Part shown: one piece after another, positions 48,660 through 59,070 of the stretch | Numbering within the stretch: position 1 is the first letter of the stretch | Layout of the letters: each line of letters opens with the position of its first letter | Source: an uncultured Christensenellaceae bacterium | Lineage (GTDB): Bacteria > Bacillota > Clostridia > Christensenellales > CAG-314 | Assembly: GCA_910586905.1 (NCBI GenBank) | Contig: CAJUIV010000006.1 | Span: 7,157-71,156, forward strand | Direction: 5' to 3' | DNA length: 64,000 nucleotides | Made by a program: the position numbers and the translations under genes | Notes under the pieces: generated by a model | What the model saw: only the letters and a program-made list of their open reading frames with translations | What the model was told of the DNA's origin: nothing | The model's database searches: none

Positions 48660-49547
48660 CTAATTTTTATTGCTATAGCCGAGTTCGTTTAACATCGAAG
48701 GATTATTTCGCCAGTCTTCCTTTATTTTTACCCATAAAGTCAAAAACACCTTTGCGTCGAGAAATTTTTCTATGCTTTCTCGAGCGTGAATTCCTATTCC
48801 TTTTATCATAGTTCCGTGTTTTCCCAAAACAATAGGCTTATGCGAAGCTTTTTCAACTACGATAGTAGCGTCGATATCCCACGAATCGTTTTCGAATTGC
48901 ATTTTATTGATTGCAATGCCTATACCGTGAGGTATTTCGTTTTCGCAACATAGCAAAACTTTTTCACGGATAATTTCTCCTACGATATAGCGTTGACTTT
49001 TATCGGTAACGTCGTCTTCTTCAAAATAAATTTCGTCGCCGGTTAAATACTTTTTAAGAGCTTGTTTAAGCTCTTCTACGCCTCTGTTGCGCTTTGCGGA
49101 CACACAGTAAACTTCGCGGATACACTCGATACCGTTTAACTTTGCAAGCTCGGGCATCAACTTCTGCGGCTGCGTTATATCGATTTTAGTAACAACGACC
49201 ACTATAGGAGCGCCCAGTTTCTTATATTTGGAAATTTGCGCCATTTCACTATCGCTGATTCCGTCGTGTCCGTCTATAACCACAAGTACACAATCCACGT
49301 CTCGCACAGCGGTATCTATGCTTTTAAGCATATAATCGCCCAAAGCGTTTTTGCTTTTAAAAAAACCCGGAGTATCTACGAAAACCATTTGACTGTCTTC
49401 GTCCGTCCAAACGCCCATAATACTGTCGCGAGTAGTTTGCGGTTTGGGTGAAACAATAGAAACTTTTTGTTTTATAAGCGCGTTAAGCAATGTTGACTTA
49501 CCCGCGTTCGCATTGCCCACAATGGCAATAAATCCGGTACGTTTCAT
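48660..49547 (-). CDS. era: GTPase Era
   Basis: G1 GNANAGKST, G3 DTPG, G4 TKID and a C-terminal KH domain. Confidence 0.95.
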   Translation of the reverse strand: MKRTGFIAIVGNANAGKSTLLNALIKQKVSIVSPKPQTTRDSIMGVWTDEDSQMVFVDTPGFFKSKNALGDYMLKSIDTAVRDVDCVLVVIDGHDGISDSEMAQISKYKKLGAPIVVVVTKIDITQPQKLMPELAKLNGIECIREVYCVSAKRNRGVEELKQALKKYLTGDEIYFEEDDVTDKSQRYIVGEIIREKVLLCCENEIPHGIGIAINKMQFENDSWDIDATIVVEKASHKPIVLGKHGTMIKGIGIHARESIEKFLDAKVFLTLWVKIKEDWRNNPSMLNELGYSNKN

Positions 49548-49551
49548 AGTC

Positions 49552-50034
49552 TCATTTCCTTGTAATTTTCATTTTATTCATAATTTCTTCTTGCAACCGC
49601 GTCATTTGTTCTTCGTCGGACTGTTCTATATGGTCGTAGCCCAAAAGATGCAGCGTACCGTGCAACGCCAAAAAACAAATTTCTCTTTTTAAAGAATGAC
49701 CGTACTGAACAGCCTGCTCTTTAGCTTTGTCAAGACAAATTACTACGTCTCCGATATTAAGTTTTCCCGTTTCGGGATTTATAACGTCCAAAGAAAAATC
49801 TTTAATACTCAAAACTTTACGTTCGTCGTTTTCAATGGTCGGAAAAGACAATACGTCTGTTACGGCATCGACGTTTCGGCTGTTTTTATTCAGTTCTTGA
49901 ATTTCCTGCGCGGAAACGAAACTTAACGACATTTCTATATCGCACGTAGGCTGTCCCAAATATCTTAAAGCGCCTTCCAATAAACGTTTTATTACAAATT
50001 TTTTACTGCCTGCATTTGTAAAATATATCGTCAT
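49552..50034 (-). CDS. ybeY: rRNA maturation endoribonuclease YbeY
   Basis: HGTLHLLGYDH zinc motif. Confidence 0.9.
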   Translation of the reverse strand: MTIYFTNAGSKKFVIKRLLEGALRYLGQPTCDIEMSLSFVSAQEIQELNKNSRNVDAVTDVLSFPTIENDERKVLSIKDFSLDVINPETGKLNIGDVVICLDKAKEQAVQYGHSLKREICFLALHGTLHLLGYDHIEQSDEEQMTRLQEEIMNKMKITRK

Positions 50035-51458
50035 TTCACGCCTCCGAGACGTTCGTCTGGATAATTTATACGTTTGTGCCGTACTCCGAGAAACGTTGTT
50101 ACGATCGTTTCTTTTACTATCTCGATTTCCTTCATTGTTATATCGCAGTTGGTAAATTGTCCGAAAGACATACGTTCGCTGATAATATCGCCGACTATTT
50201 TTTCGGCGTTGTTTTTATCTCCGTGAGCGCGCAATGCCGCTTCCGAAGCGTCGCAAATCATCAAAATTGCGGATATTTTCGTCGTAGGTTTGGGACCGTC
50301 GTAACAATAGCCGTCGTACGGCAAAAAACCGTCCGTATATTTTTGCGCCTTTAAAAAGAAATACTTTATCGGCATCGTACCGTGATGCTCGCATATTGCG
50401 GTTTGAACCTCTTTAGGCAAACCGTACTCTTTAGCAATAGAAAGTCCGTTTAACGTATGATATTTTATCATATTTACGCTTGCTTCGGGGGTCATATTAT
50501 CGTGAGGGTTAAATCCGTCGAATTGATTTTCCGTAAAGTAAGACGGATTTTTCATTTTGCCTATATCGTGATAATATGCCGCGGCTTTAGCGACTACGGC
50601 GCTTTGCCCTATCGCCACAGCGCACGCTTCCACATATGTGGCAACGGTTAAACAGTGGTTATAAGTTCCCGGCGCTTTTTCAAAAAGCTTGCGCATCAAT
50701 TCGTTATCTGAAGTTGCTATTTCCGAAAACCTGAATATCGACGCTACGTTAAATATTTTTTCCGCAACGGGCACTATAACAAACATTAACATCACGCTTA
50801 TAATTCCGCTGCCTAACGAGCAAGACGCAATTATAGCGTATTCGGTCCAACTCCAAACTTCCTCGAATATCAAATAACTAAGAGTGGCGCAGATAAGAGA
50901 AATGACGCCCAATACGATGCCCGCCACGACGTAACGAGAACGCTTATACTGTTTACCGAGCAAAAATGAAACGAATACGGCTTCGATTACACCGCTGAAT
51001 AATAAATAGAAAAATTTATCCGTGGATAAATCCGCGTGATTTTGCCAGTTAATCGCTTGCATAAAGCAAAGCATTATAATCGTAAAATTTGCGAAGAATC
51101 CGCATTTGCCGGATACGATTATAGATAAAACCAACGAGCACAACGCAAACGGCACAATGTATATACCGTATTTCCACAACTGCGATAGCTGAATAATCAT
51201 GTACGAAATAATCATCGTACAAAACATAGCCCAAGTCTCGCGCGCGTTTTCCATTACTTCTCGGTCTGAAAAATAAACGTACAGCGCCATAGACACTAAC
51301 AACATTGCGGTAGTTATCAGTTGTACGGCAACGCTTACGCCCGTTAATTTCGACCAGTTAGGCAAAACCGTTAAAGCGGAAAAAAGTATAAAAGCTAAAA
51401 CATAGCTTACTACAACTTGCTTCCACTTTATATTTGATTTTTTCAATTTTTTCGCCAT
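50031..51458 (-). CDS. 7-TM HD-domain protein (YqfF/PgpH-like, short form)
   Basis: Seven hydrophobic segments then an HD domain (HCLTVA...YYHDIGK...). Lies between phoH and ybeY as does yqfF. At 475 aa it lacks the long N-terminal extracellular domain. Confidence 0.8.
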   Translation of the reverse strand: MAKKLKKSNIKWKQVVVSYVLAFILFSALTVLPNWSKLTGVSVAVQLITTAMLLVSMALYVYFSDREVMENARETWAMFCTMIISYMIIQLSQLWKYGIYIVPFALCSLVLSIIVSGKCGFFANFTIIMLCFMQAINWQNHADLSTDKFFYLLFSGVIEAVFVSFLLGKQYKRSRYVVAGIVLGVISLICATLSYLIFEEVWSWTEYAIIASCSLGSGIISVMLMFVIVPVAEKIFNVASIFRFSEIATSDNELMRKLFEKAPGTYNHCLTVATYVEACAVAIGQSAVVAKAAAYYHDIGKMKNPSYFTENQFDGFNPHDNMTPEASVNMIKYHTLNGLSIAKEYGLPKEVQTAICEHHGTMPIKYFFLKAQKYTDGFLPYDGYCYDGPKPTTKISAILMICDASEAALRAHGDKNNAEKIVGDIISERMSFGQFTNCDITMKEIEIVKETIVTTFLGVRHKRINYPDERLGGVK

Positions 51459-52408
51459 TATTTATCCTCTGTTTCGTATGCTTTGACTATTTTTTGCACC
51501 AACGGATGGCGCACGACGTCTCTTTCGTTCAATTTTATAATTCCTATATCGTCTATATCCTTGAGAATTTTAGTAGCGTGTTTTAAACCCGAAGTATGAC
51601 CGACAGGCAAATCGATTTGAGTCAAGTCGCCTGTAATAACCATTTTACTGTTTTCTCCGAGTCTTGTCAAAAACATTTTTATTTGTTCTTTGGTAGTATT
51701 TTGCGCTTCGTCTAATATTACGTACGCGTTAGATAGCGTTCTGCCGCGCATATACGCAAGAGGCGCAATTTCTATAGCGCCGCGTTCCATCATTTTTACA
51801 AAAGTTTCGTTTCCGAACATTTCTTGTAAAGCATCGTAAAGCGGACGAAGATACGGATTGACTTTTTCCTGCAAGTCGCCCGGTAAAAATCCGAGTTTTT
51901 CTCCTGCTTCTACGGCAGGACGCGTAAGAATTATTTTTTCGACTTTTTTGGCTTTAAATTCGTTAACCGCAATTGCAACGGCAAGATACGTTTTACCCGT
52001 TCCGGCAGGACCGACTCCGAAAGTTATCGTTTTTTTCTTCATCAAATCGACGTATTTTTTTTGTCCGACAGTTTTGCACTTTATCGGTTTGCCGCGATTG
52101 GTAATAGTAACGACGTCTCCCAACAATTCGTCTATTTCGTCTATTTTATCCGACTTAGCGCAATCGCAAATATAGTTAACTCTTCCTATATCCACGGTAT
52201 CGCCATTATACATAAAGCTTTTTATTTTTGCAATAACAGCCATCGCATTGTCGACGTTATTTTCATCACCCATCAAACTGCTTTGACCGTCCTGCAAAAC
52301 GACTTTTACGTCGAACGATTGACATATAGCTTTTATATATTCATCAAACGGTCCGAATAATTTAACAAGCTCGTCCATCGAATCTACTTCTATTTTTTTT
52401 GAAATCAA
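51458..52408 (-). CDS. phoH: PhoH-family ATPase
   Basis: GPAGTGKTYLA, ILTRPAVEAGEKLGFLPGD, VILDEAQN. Confidence 0.95.
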   Translation of the reverse strand: MISKKIEVDSMDELVKLFGPFDEYIKAICQSFDVKVVLQDGQSSLMGDENNVDNAMAVIAKIKSFMYNGDTVDIGRVNYICDCAKSDKIDEIDELLGDVVTITNRGKPIKCKTVGQKKYVDLMKKKTITFGVGPAGTGKTYLAVAIAVNEFKAKKVEKIILTRPAVEAGEKLGFLPGDLQEKVNPYLRPLYDALQEMFGNETFVKMMERGAIEIAPLAYMRGRTLSNAYVILDEAQNTTKEQIKMFLTRLGENSKMVITGDLTQIDLPVGHTSGLKHATKILKDIDDIGIIKLNERDVVRHPLVQKIVKAYETEDK

Positions 52409-52419
52409 TTTATCCTCCG

Positions 52420-53502
52420 CTAATAATGTTCGTACTCGCCGTATAGTATTGCTGTAACTCCGCCGTCTTTTACTTCGTACTTAACTTCTATTACTTTAAA
52501 ATCGCAATCTTTTTCGGCAAGTTCGTAAGCGCTGGATTTTAGGTCTTCCATGCACTCTTCCAAAGTAGCGTTAACTGTTACGCGTTGAGTTTCGCTGTAA
52601 TAATTTTTAGTTATTTCCAAATTCAACGGAAACAAACCGGTATGTTTCGTCGTTAAAGTATAATTCTCGAAAGGACATTTTGTCGAATACTCTTTGCCAA
52701 ACAACACCACTCCGGTACTAGTAAAATATTTTCCCGTTTCTACGTAAACCGTTTTCTGACCGTTAAATTCCGCAAAACCCGATACCGAACGTTTAACCAC
52801 AACTTTACCCAAAGCGTAAACGTCTCGGCTTTCTCCGTCGTTGAAAACGCGTCTTCCCTCAATTAAAACGTCTCCGACGTTAACAAAGTCGCCCACTTTA
52901 ACTTTGGCATAACCTTGCTCGCACAGAATACTTGTAACTACGCCGGAATATTTTGCAACTATATCCCGCCTTTTGTTCATATCAATAGGAGGTTCTATCA
53001 ATTTTTTTGCTATAACGTTGACGTAAACGACGCTTCCCTTACGACTTACTACCGCGTACATTGCGTCCAAACTGTTTGCAACGGCGTTTTCCACGTAATC
53101 GACGTCCATACGCGATAAATTGGAACCGATACTGACGCCCGCGTTCGAAAGCGCGGCGTATACGCTGTTTTTATCGAAATCCCCTTGTACTTCTATTTTA
53201 AAACAGAACTGAGACGCGATAAACAACGCCGCAAAAGAAACGATAACCGCAACGGGAATAATAAAACGTTTTTTAACGAAACGCAAAAAGCCCGAAGCAC
53301 CGACATACCTGATTTCTTTAATATTATAGCACTTTTCTTTCAGTAAGGCAACAACCTTGCCGGATTGTCTTGACGAAACCTGTAAAACGCACGTTTTACC
53401 TTGACGTTCCACTTTGAAAACCGCTACGTTACGTTGACAAAGCGTATTAAGCAACCGACTTATATTTAGTCCTTCAAAAGTTATTATACAACTACTTTTC
53501 AT
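52420..53502 (-). CDS. yqfD: Sporulation protein YqfD
   Basis: 360 aa with a single TM near residue 90, YqfD-like layout, overlapping yqfC. Conserved yqfC-yqfD-phoH order. Confidence 0.8.
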   Translation of the reverse strand: MKSSCIITFEGLNISRLLNTLCQRNVAVFKVERQGKTCVLQVSSRQSGKVVALLKEKCYNIKEIRYVGASGFLRFVKKRFIIPVAVIVSFAALFIASQFCFKIEVQGDFDKNSVYAALSNAGVSIGSNLSRMDVDYVENAVANSLDAMYAVVSRKGSVVYVNVIAKKLIEPPIDMNKRRDIVAKYSGVVTSILCEQGYAKVKVGDFVNVGDVLIEGRRVFNDGESRDVYALGKVVVKRSVSGFAEFNGQKTVYVETGKYFTSTGVVLFGKEYSTKCPFENYTLTTKHTGLFPLNLEITKNYYSETQRVTVNATLEECMEDLKSSAYELAEKDCDFKVIEVKYEVKDGGVTAILYGEYEHY

Positions 53503-53806
53503 CGGCTTTAACTCCCACGTCGATAATAGAGCCTACAACTACAGCAAAATGCTTTTCCAAGCATTTTATACGCAAGTCCTTACCCGCCACTTTAAGAACG
53601 CCTTTTTTTACAGCGAAAGTTATTTCGTCGTAAGAATAGACTATTATCCCTTTGTGTCCTTCGATAACCGCTGTATGACCGCCGAATACTGAATACTTAT
53701 AGTTTGACACCAAAGTTTCCAGTTCTAAACCGCATATTTCCGAAACGCATTTGTTAAAAGAATTGTTCATATCAATAATATATGACGCAAATTGCAATTC
53801 TTTCAA
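53492..53806 (-). CDS. yqfC: Sporulation protein YqfC (YabP-like)
   Basis: The small protein aligns by eye with YqfC (…LELETLVSNYKYSVFGGHTAVIEGHKGII…). The start is uncertain: TTG at 53806 or ATG at 53770. Confidence 0.65.
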   Translation of the reverse strand: MKELQFASYIIDMNNSFNKCVSEICGLELETLVSNYKYSVFGGHTAVIEGHKGIIVYSYDEITFAVKKGVLKVAGKDLRIKCLEKHFAVVVGSIIDVGVKADEK

Positions 53807-53938
53807 AAAATGTGAGTACTTTACGGCAAAAAGGGAAACGACTAAAAATATTTTACGTTTGCCAAATTGTTACGAAACCGAATAACGTCGCGATTTCCGT
53901 AAAGACCGAAATTATATAATTCGTTTAAATTTTTCGCG

Positions 53939-54196
53939 TTACAATAACTTATCCAGAACTTGAGAAATTTCTTCTAACTTAGATTTTTTATCTTCTCCGC
54001 TCGAATTGATAACGCAAGAACTTATATGCGCATGCAGCACTTCTTTGTTAACTTTGGAAAGAATGGCCTGACAAGCCATAATTTGATTGGAAACGTCGAT
54101 ACAATAACGGTTTTCGTCTATCATTTTAAGTATTCCGTCGATTTGTCCGCGAGCGGTTTTAAGAAGTCTGGTTATTTTGGAATTATCCGCCGTCAT
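53939..54196 (-). CDS. csoR: Copper-sensing repressor CsoR
   Basis: RYCIDV...LHAH...SSCV provides the C-H-C ligand set. Its ATG overlaps the copA stop (ATGA). Confidence 0.85.
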   Translation of the reverse strand: MTADNSKITRLLKTARGQIDGILKMIDENRYCIDVSNQIMACQAILSKVNKEVLHAHISSCVINSSGEDKKSKLEEISQVLDKLL

Positions 54197-56763
54197 AGTT
54201 GTTTTATCTCCTTTACAGTATAATCTTGCTGTTCTACCGCATTTTTAAGGTTATCGGCAATACCTGCCGCGCATTCTACGACGGCTTTGTTTTCTTCCAA
54301 ACTTACCGTAACGTCCGTTACGCCTTGAACGCTCTTTAAAGCGTTCGTAACGTGAGCAACGCAACGGTTACACATCATACCTTCGATTTGCAATTCGTAC
54401 TTCATTTTGTTCTCCTTTATAATATTTACCGTACCGTCTACGGTTTGTTTATCATTTTGCAAAGACACCGCGCATTGAGCTTTGCAAACGTCTGTTTTTA
54501 AATTTTTACGATAACCGCGCGGTTTAAACAATCTTAACCGCAGAGCGTTTAAAACCACAAAAAGACTCGATACACTCATCGCTGCCGCTGCAATCATGGG
54601 ACTGAGTTTCCACCCGAGCGGCGTTGCAAACAATACGCCCGCGGCAAGCGGAATGCCAAGAGAATTATAGAAAAACGCCCAAAATAAATTCTGTTTGATA
54701 TTTCTGCGCGTTTTTCTGCTCAACTCGATTGCGTAAGGAACGTCGCGGATATCGTTTTTCATAAGCAGTACGTCCGCGCTGTCCACCGCGATATCCGAGC
54801 CGTTTGCAACCGCGAAACCGACGTCCGCTCGAGTTAACGCCGGCGCATCGTTTATACCGTCGCCAACCATTGCCGTCGCGCCTTCTTTCATAAGCTCGGA
54901 TATTTTTTCTTCCTTTTGATTAGGCAACACTTCCGCGTAAAAAACTTCGATATCTACTTCCTTACATACCGCGCGCGCGGACGCGCTGTTATCTCCGGTA
55001 AGCAAAACTGGTTCGATTCCCAAATTTTTCAAATTTGCAACGGCTTCTTTAGAAGTGGATTTTATTTCATCGCCTACGCCTATTATACCTATCAATTTTT
55101 TATCTTCTGCAACCAAAAGACACGTCAACGCTTTAGAAGACATCTCGATGTACTGCGACGCATAATCGCTTTCGTCAACGCCTTGTTCTTCCATGAGACG
55201 TTTGTTACCTATTGCGTAAAGTTTACCGTTTACTGTTGCTACGATTCCGCGTCCGGCAAGCGTTTCGAATTGCGAGGGCACCGAGAAACCGATTCCGATT
55301 TGTTCCGCCTTTTCGACAACCGCTTTGCCCAAAGGATGCTCGCTTTGTTTTTCTATTCCGCCTACGACGGACAGAAGCTCGTTTTCGTCTATTTTGGAGT
55401 AAATTTCCTTAACTTGAGGTTTGCCTAAAGTTAACGTACCCGTTTTATCCAAAACCACTTTACGAATACCCGCTAATTTTTCCAGCGTTTCGCCGTCTTT
55501 TATCAAAACGCCGCGCTCGGCTCCTTTTCCCGTAGCAACCATTATAGCGACGGGTGTAGCCAATCCTAAGGCGCACGGACATGAAATAACAAGAACGGAT
55601 ATGGCAAAATCCAACGCAACGGAAAAATCCTTACCTACCGACATCCAAACTATAAACGTTATGAGCGATATAGACATAACTATAGGCACAAAGACGGCGG
55701 AAATTTTATCGGCAAGCCTTTGACTGGGAGCCTTAGAAGCCCCCGCTTCTTCGACAAGCGTGATTATCTGTTCCAAAACGCTGTCCTTACCTACGTTAGT
55801 AACCGATACTTGAACGTAGCCGTTTACATTTACCGTGCCGCCTATAACGAAATCGCCGAACTGCTTTTCGACAGGCAAACTTTCGCCGTTTACGCTGCTT
55901 TCATTCACAAAGCAGCTGCCCTGCGCGATTTTGCCGTCGGCAGGAAATACCATACCCGTTTTAACTATTACGATATCGCCAGTTTTAACGGATTTGCTGT
56001 CAACTTCCGTTTCCTCTCCGTCAACTAAAAGTATCGCTTTGTCGGGAGCAAGTTGACGAAGTTTATTTAAAGCATCGCCCGTTTTCAGTTTACTGCGTCC
56101 TTCGAAATACTTGCCCAAATCGACAAGCGCTAATATCATGGCGGAAGACTCGAAATACAGCTGATGATGGTACTTTTCTACCGTAGGCATATCGCCTCTG
56201 CCTAGCGCCGAACTCATTAAAAATATCATCACAGCTCCGTACAAACCGCCGGCAAAGGAACCTACGGCTATTAAACTGTCCATATTGGGCGCGCCGGTAA
56301 AAAGTCTTTTAAACCCGTTTATAAAATAACTTCGGTTAATGTACCATACCGGCAAACATAACAAAAACTGAACGAACGCGAACGAAACTGCGTTTTGACT
56401 GCCGGAAAGAAATTTTGGCAAAGGAAGACCTATCATATGCCCCATTGCTACGTACATTAAAACGACACAAATTACAATGGAAGTTAAAAGCCTTGCGAGC
56501 GTTACGCCGCTTGTAATTTTCGGCGCGCTTTCTTTACTTTTTGCGTTTTCCGTATTTTTAACCGCAGCGCCGTAACCGGCTTTTTCCACAGCTTTTATAA
56601 TGTCGTTTATACTTGCGATTTTATCGTCAAAATCAACTGTCATACTGTTCGACAGCAAATTAACGGCAGTTTTTTTTACTCCGTCTACTTTTAAAACGGC
56701 TTTTTCTACGTGAGCGGAACAAGCCGAACAAGTCATACCAATTACGTCAAATTTTTGTTTCAA
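54193..56763 (-). CDS. copA: Copper-translocating P1B-1 ATPase CopA with N- and C-terminal HMA domains
   Basis: N-terminal GMTCSACS, CPCALGLATP, DKTGTLT, GDGINDAP. The last ~70 aa form an extra HMA domain (YELQIEGMMCNRCVAHV). Confidence 0.95.
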   Translation of the reverse strand: MKQKFDVIGMTCSACSAHVEKAVLKVDGVKKTAVNLLSNSMTVDFDDKIASINDIIKAVEKAGYGAAVKNTENAKSKESAPKITSGVTLARLLTSIVICVVLMYVAMGHMIGLPLPKFLSGSQNAVSFAFVQFLLCLPVWYINRSYFINGFKRLFTGAPNMDSLIAVGSFAGGLYGAVMIFLMSSALGRGDMPTVEKYHHQLYFESSAMILALVDLGKYFEGRSKLKTGDALNKLRQLAPDKAILLVDGEETEVDSKSVKTGDIVIVKTGMVFPADGKIAQGSCFVNESSVNGESLPVEKQFGDFVIGGTVNVNGYVQVSVTNVGKDSVLEQIITLVEEAGASKAPSQRLADKISAVFVPIVMSISLITFIVWMSVGKDFSVALDFAISVLVISCPCALGLATPVAIMVATGKGAERGVLIKDGETLEKLAGIRKVVLDKTGTLTLGKPQVKEIYSKIDENELLSVVGGIEKQSEHPLGKAVVEKAEQIGIGFSVPSQFETLAGRGIVATVNGKLYAIGNKRLMEEQGVDESDYASQYIEMSSKALTCLLVAEDKKLIGIIGVGDEIKSTSKEAVANLKNLGIEPVLLTGDNSASARAVCKEVDIEVFYAEVLPNQKEEKISELMKEGATAMVGDGINDAPALTRADVGFAVANGSDIAVDSADVLLMKNDIRDVPYAIELSRKTRRNIKQNLFWAFFYNSLGIPLAAGVLFATPLGWKLSPMIAAAAMSVSSLFVVLNALRLRLFKPRGYRKNLKTDVCKAQCAVSLQNDKQTVDGTVNIIKENKMKYELQIEGMMCNRCVAHVTNALKSVQGVTDVTVSLEENKAVVECAAGIADNLKNAVEQQDYTVKEIKQL

Positions 56764-56866
56764 TATTCGCTCCTTATTTCAAAATAATATAACGGCGGCA
56801 GCGTTTCAAACCGTTACAATATATTTTATCTCAGATTATGTTGCCTGCATCAAACACAGAATAAGG

Positions 56867-56922
56867 ATATACCCCCACCGTGTATATGTATTTAGTATAC
56901 GCTAAATTATTGACTTTTGCAA
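56867..56922 (-). promoter_or_regulatory. copA promoter with a candidate CsoR operator
   Basis: Minus strand reads TTGCAA, a 17-nt spacer, then TATACT, followed by ATATACACGGTGGGGGTATAT (56887-56867). This is a TAC...GGGGGTA pseudo-palindrome resembling Bacillus CsoR boxes. Confidence 0.5.
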
Positions 56923-57438
56923 GTAAAAATATGCTTTTTAAATATTTTTTTCAGATAATATTTCGAGCAAAACTAAAAAACAACGAACAATAAATCGAAA
57001 AAGAGATTTGCATTTGACTAATAAAATATATTTAACTTTACTTAAGATTACTTGATTTTTATTTAGAGGAAAATATGTACGATTTTCAAATATACAAAAC
57101 CGCAAAACAGCTAAACGACGTGTTGGATACAGCTTTCTTTTAATTGATAATTCGTTGTAGATAAATCTACAGCAGATTAGAAAATATTGAAATCCCGAAA
57201 AAGGAGAAGAATTGACTGCCTTTCGAACGGCGAAATTAACAATTACACTAATTACTCGATTACAATGTCTAAATAAAAATTTTCAATTACTTTCTATACA
57301 GATAAAATTTTTAAAATGAATTTCCACAACTTTTAGACCGTTTTCACAGTTTGAGCATTGATTTTATTATATGTTGAATGTAGAATTAAAGTAAGAAAAC
57401 CAGCGAACTTAAATATTATCCATCAAAATTCAAATTAA

Positions 57439-57482
57439 CCGCGCAGCAGAAAACGTTTACTGTTGCGCGGTTATGTTTTTTA
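57439..57482 (+). terminator. Plus-strand-specific intrinsic terminator with no annotated upstream gene
   Basis: 13-bp stem aaccgcgcagcag / ctgttgcgcggtt (one G-U, which becomes a C-A mismatch on the other strand), a 10-nt loop, then atgtttttt. Confidence 0.7.
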
Positions 57483-57491
57483 TGTTATAAT
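57463..57491 (+). promoter_or_regulatory. Extended -10 promoter of the GDPD gene
   Basis: TTGCGC, a 17-nt spacer containing TG, then TATAAT (TGtTATAAT at 57483-57491), 33 nt before the ATG. Confidence 0.4.
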
Positions 57492-57523
57492 AAATACGAC
57501 ACTTAAAAAGGAAAGTCTGCTTT

Positions 57524-58561
57524 ATGGATAAAAACAAGCGAAAATTTAACTGGAAACTGTTCTGCGTAATCATAGCGTCTATACTGATTGTTTATCTTAT
57601 CATCGCGGTTTTACCGCGACCCAAAAGCGTAGAAAACAATCCTTTCGTTATCGATAAAGAAAGCCGTCCGCTGCTTATCGCGCACGGCGGCGGCAACAGA
57701 GAATTTCCAGACAATACGCTAGAAGCGTGCTACAACGCGTACAGCGTAGACGAAAACGTAATGCTGGAGATGGACGTATCCATAACGAAAGACGGCGTAG
57801 TCATTATGTCGCACGACACTACTCTCGACAGACGTACAAACGCAGAAGGCGAGATTGCCGAATGGAACTACACCGATTTACTTGCGCAACGCGTAGACTT
57901 CGGATACTACAACACAAAAGTCGACGGCGTTTATACCGAAAAAACTCCATATAAAGATTATAAAGATTGTGAGGTCAGACCGACCGACGTACCCGGCTAT
58001 CCCGACGGGCTGCCGAATCGCGCCCCAAACGTATTTCTCGTTACGCGTCTGATAGACGTACTCGAAGCGTTTCCGAACAACACGGTAAACGTAGAAATCA
58101 AGCAAAGCGGAGAAACGGGGCTTAAAGCGCTTGCTGCCGTTATAAAAATCATAGAAGATAAAAACGCTTTCGATAAAGTCGTTCTCGCTTCTTTCCATAA
58201 AGAAATTTACAACGAACTTTTGCGCATACACAAAGAAGACCATCCCGAACTGCTGTTTTCTCCGCAAGACTCCGGCGTTGCGGCGCTGCTTATCACCGGA
58301 GCTTTGGGGCTGGACGTGTTCTTTAATCAACCTGTCGCGGTATTGCAAATACCTATGAGTCAAAAGGTAAAGGGAATCAACGTTCATCTCGATAAAAAAT
58401 GGTTTGTCAAACGCGCGCACAAACATAACATTGCGGTACATTACTGGACTATAGACGACGTGGACGATATGAAATATCTTATCGAAATAGGCGCGGACGG
58501 AATAATGACCAATTTGCCGCACACATTGCTCGAAGTATATAACGAAGTATTTTCAAAATAG
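57524..58561 (+). CDS. Membrane-anchored glycerophosphodiester phosphodiesterase
   Basis: N-terminal TM, then GDPD motifs (LIAHGGGNREFPDNTLEA, EMDVSITKDGVVIMSHDTTLDR). Confidence 0.85.
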   Translation: MDKNKRKFNWKLFCVIIASILIVYLIIAVLPRPKSVENNPFVIDKESRPLLIAHGGGNREFPDNTLEACYNAYSVDENVMLEMDVSITKDGVVIMSHDTTLDRRTNAEGEIAEWNYTDLLAQRVDFGYYNTKVDGVYTEKTPYKDYKDCEVRPTDVPGYPDGLPNRAPNVFLVTRLIDVLEAFPNNTVNVEIKQSGETGLKALAAVIKIIEDKNAFDKVVLASFHKEIYNELLRIHKEDHPELLFSPQDSGVAALLITGALGLDVFFNQPVAVLQIPMSQKVKGINVHLDKKWFVKRAHKHNIAVHYWTIDDVDDMKYLIEIGADGIMTNLPHTLLEVYNEVFSK

Positions 58562-59070
58562 TATTCTCAAAAAAAACTTTAAACATAATATCTCTACGGT
58601 TAAATTGTATTGAAACCAAACGCAATAGTTTCAATACAATTTTATTTTTGCGATTATATCGTAAAACACTACTCCAGCTCAATAAATTGCAATTGAGTAA
58701 TTTTGATGCAATTAAATCAGATTAAATTCGATTAGACTCAGATGATTTCTTACACGAATATCTAAAAAAGCTATCACTTTTAAGCGCGATACGGCGCAAT
58801 CAAGCAGGTATAATTATATCGTTTGTAAAACGGCAATTATTAACTGATATGCGCTTTGCAAAAATAAAAAAATATGATAAAATATTTTCGTTATATAAAA
58901 ATCAAGCGATATTTCTTAAGCTTTAAAGATACAAATAAACTCAACGTTGATTAATAAAAAGAACTCGGAAGAACTTTATAATGCGAAGGTAGAATATACG
59001 TCTGATTTATTTAACAAACCGCAACATTACAAACGTTTACGCTAAGCTTCAGCTGATTAAAGGATAGATT

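Noticed and set aside
57727-58522. Alternative-frame and antisense ORFs within the GDPD gene (57727-57954 plus, 57878-58522 minus).
   Set aside because: They have R-rich or odd composition and no SD, and they lie inside a motif-supported CDS.
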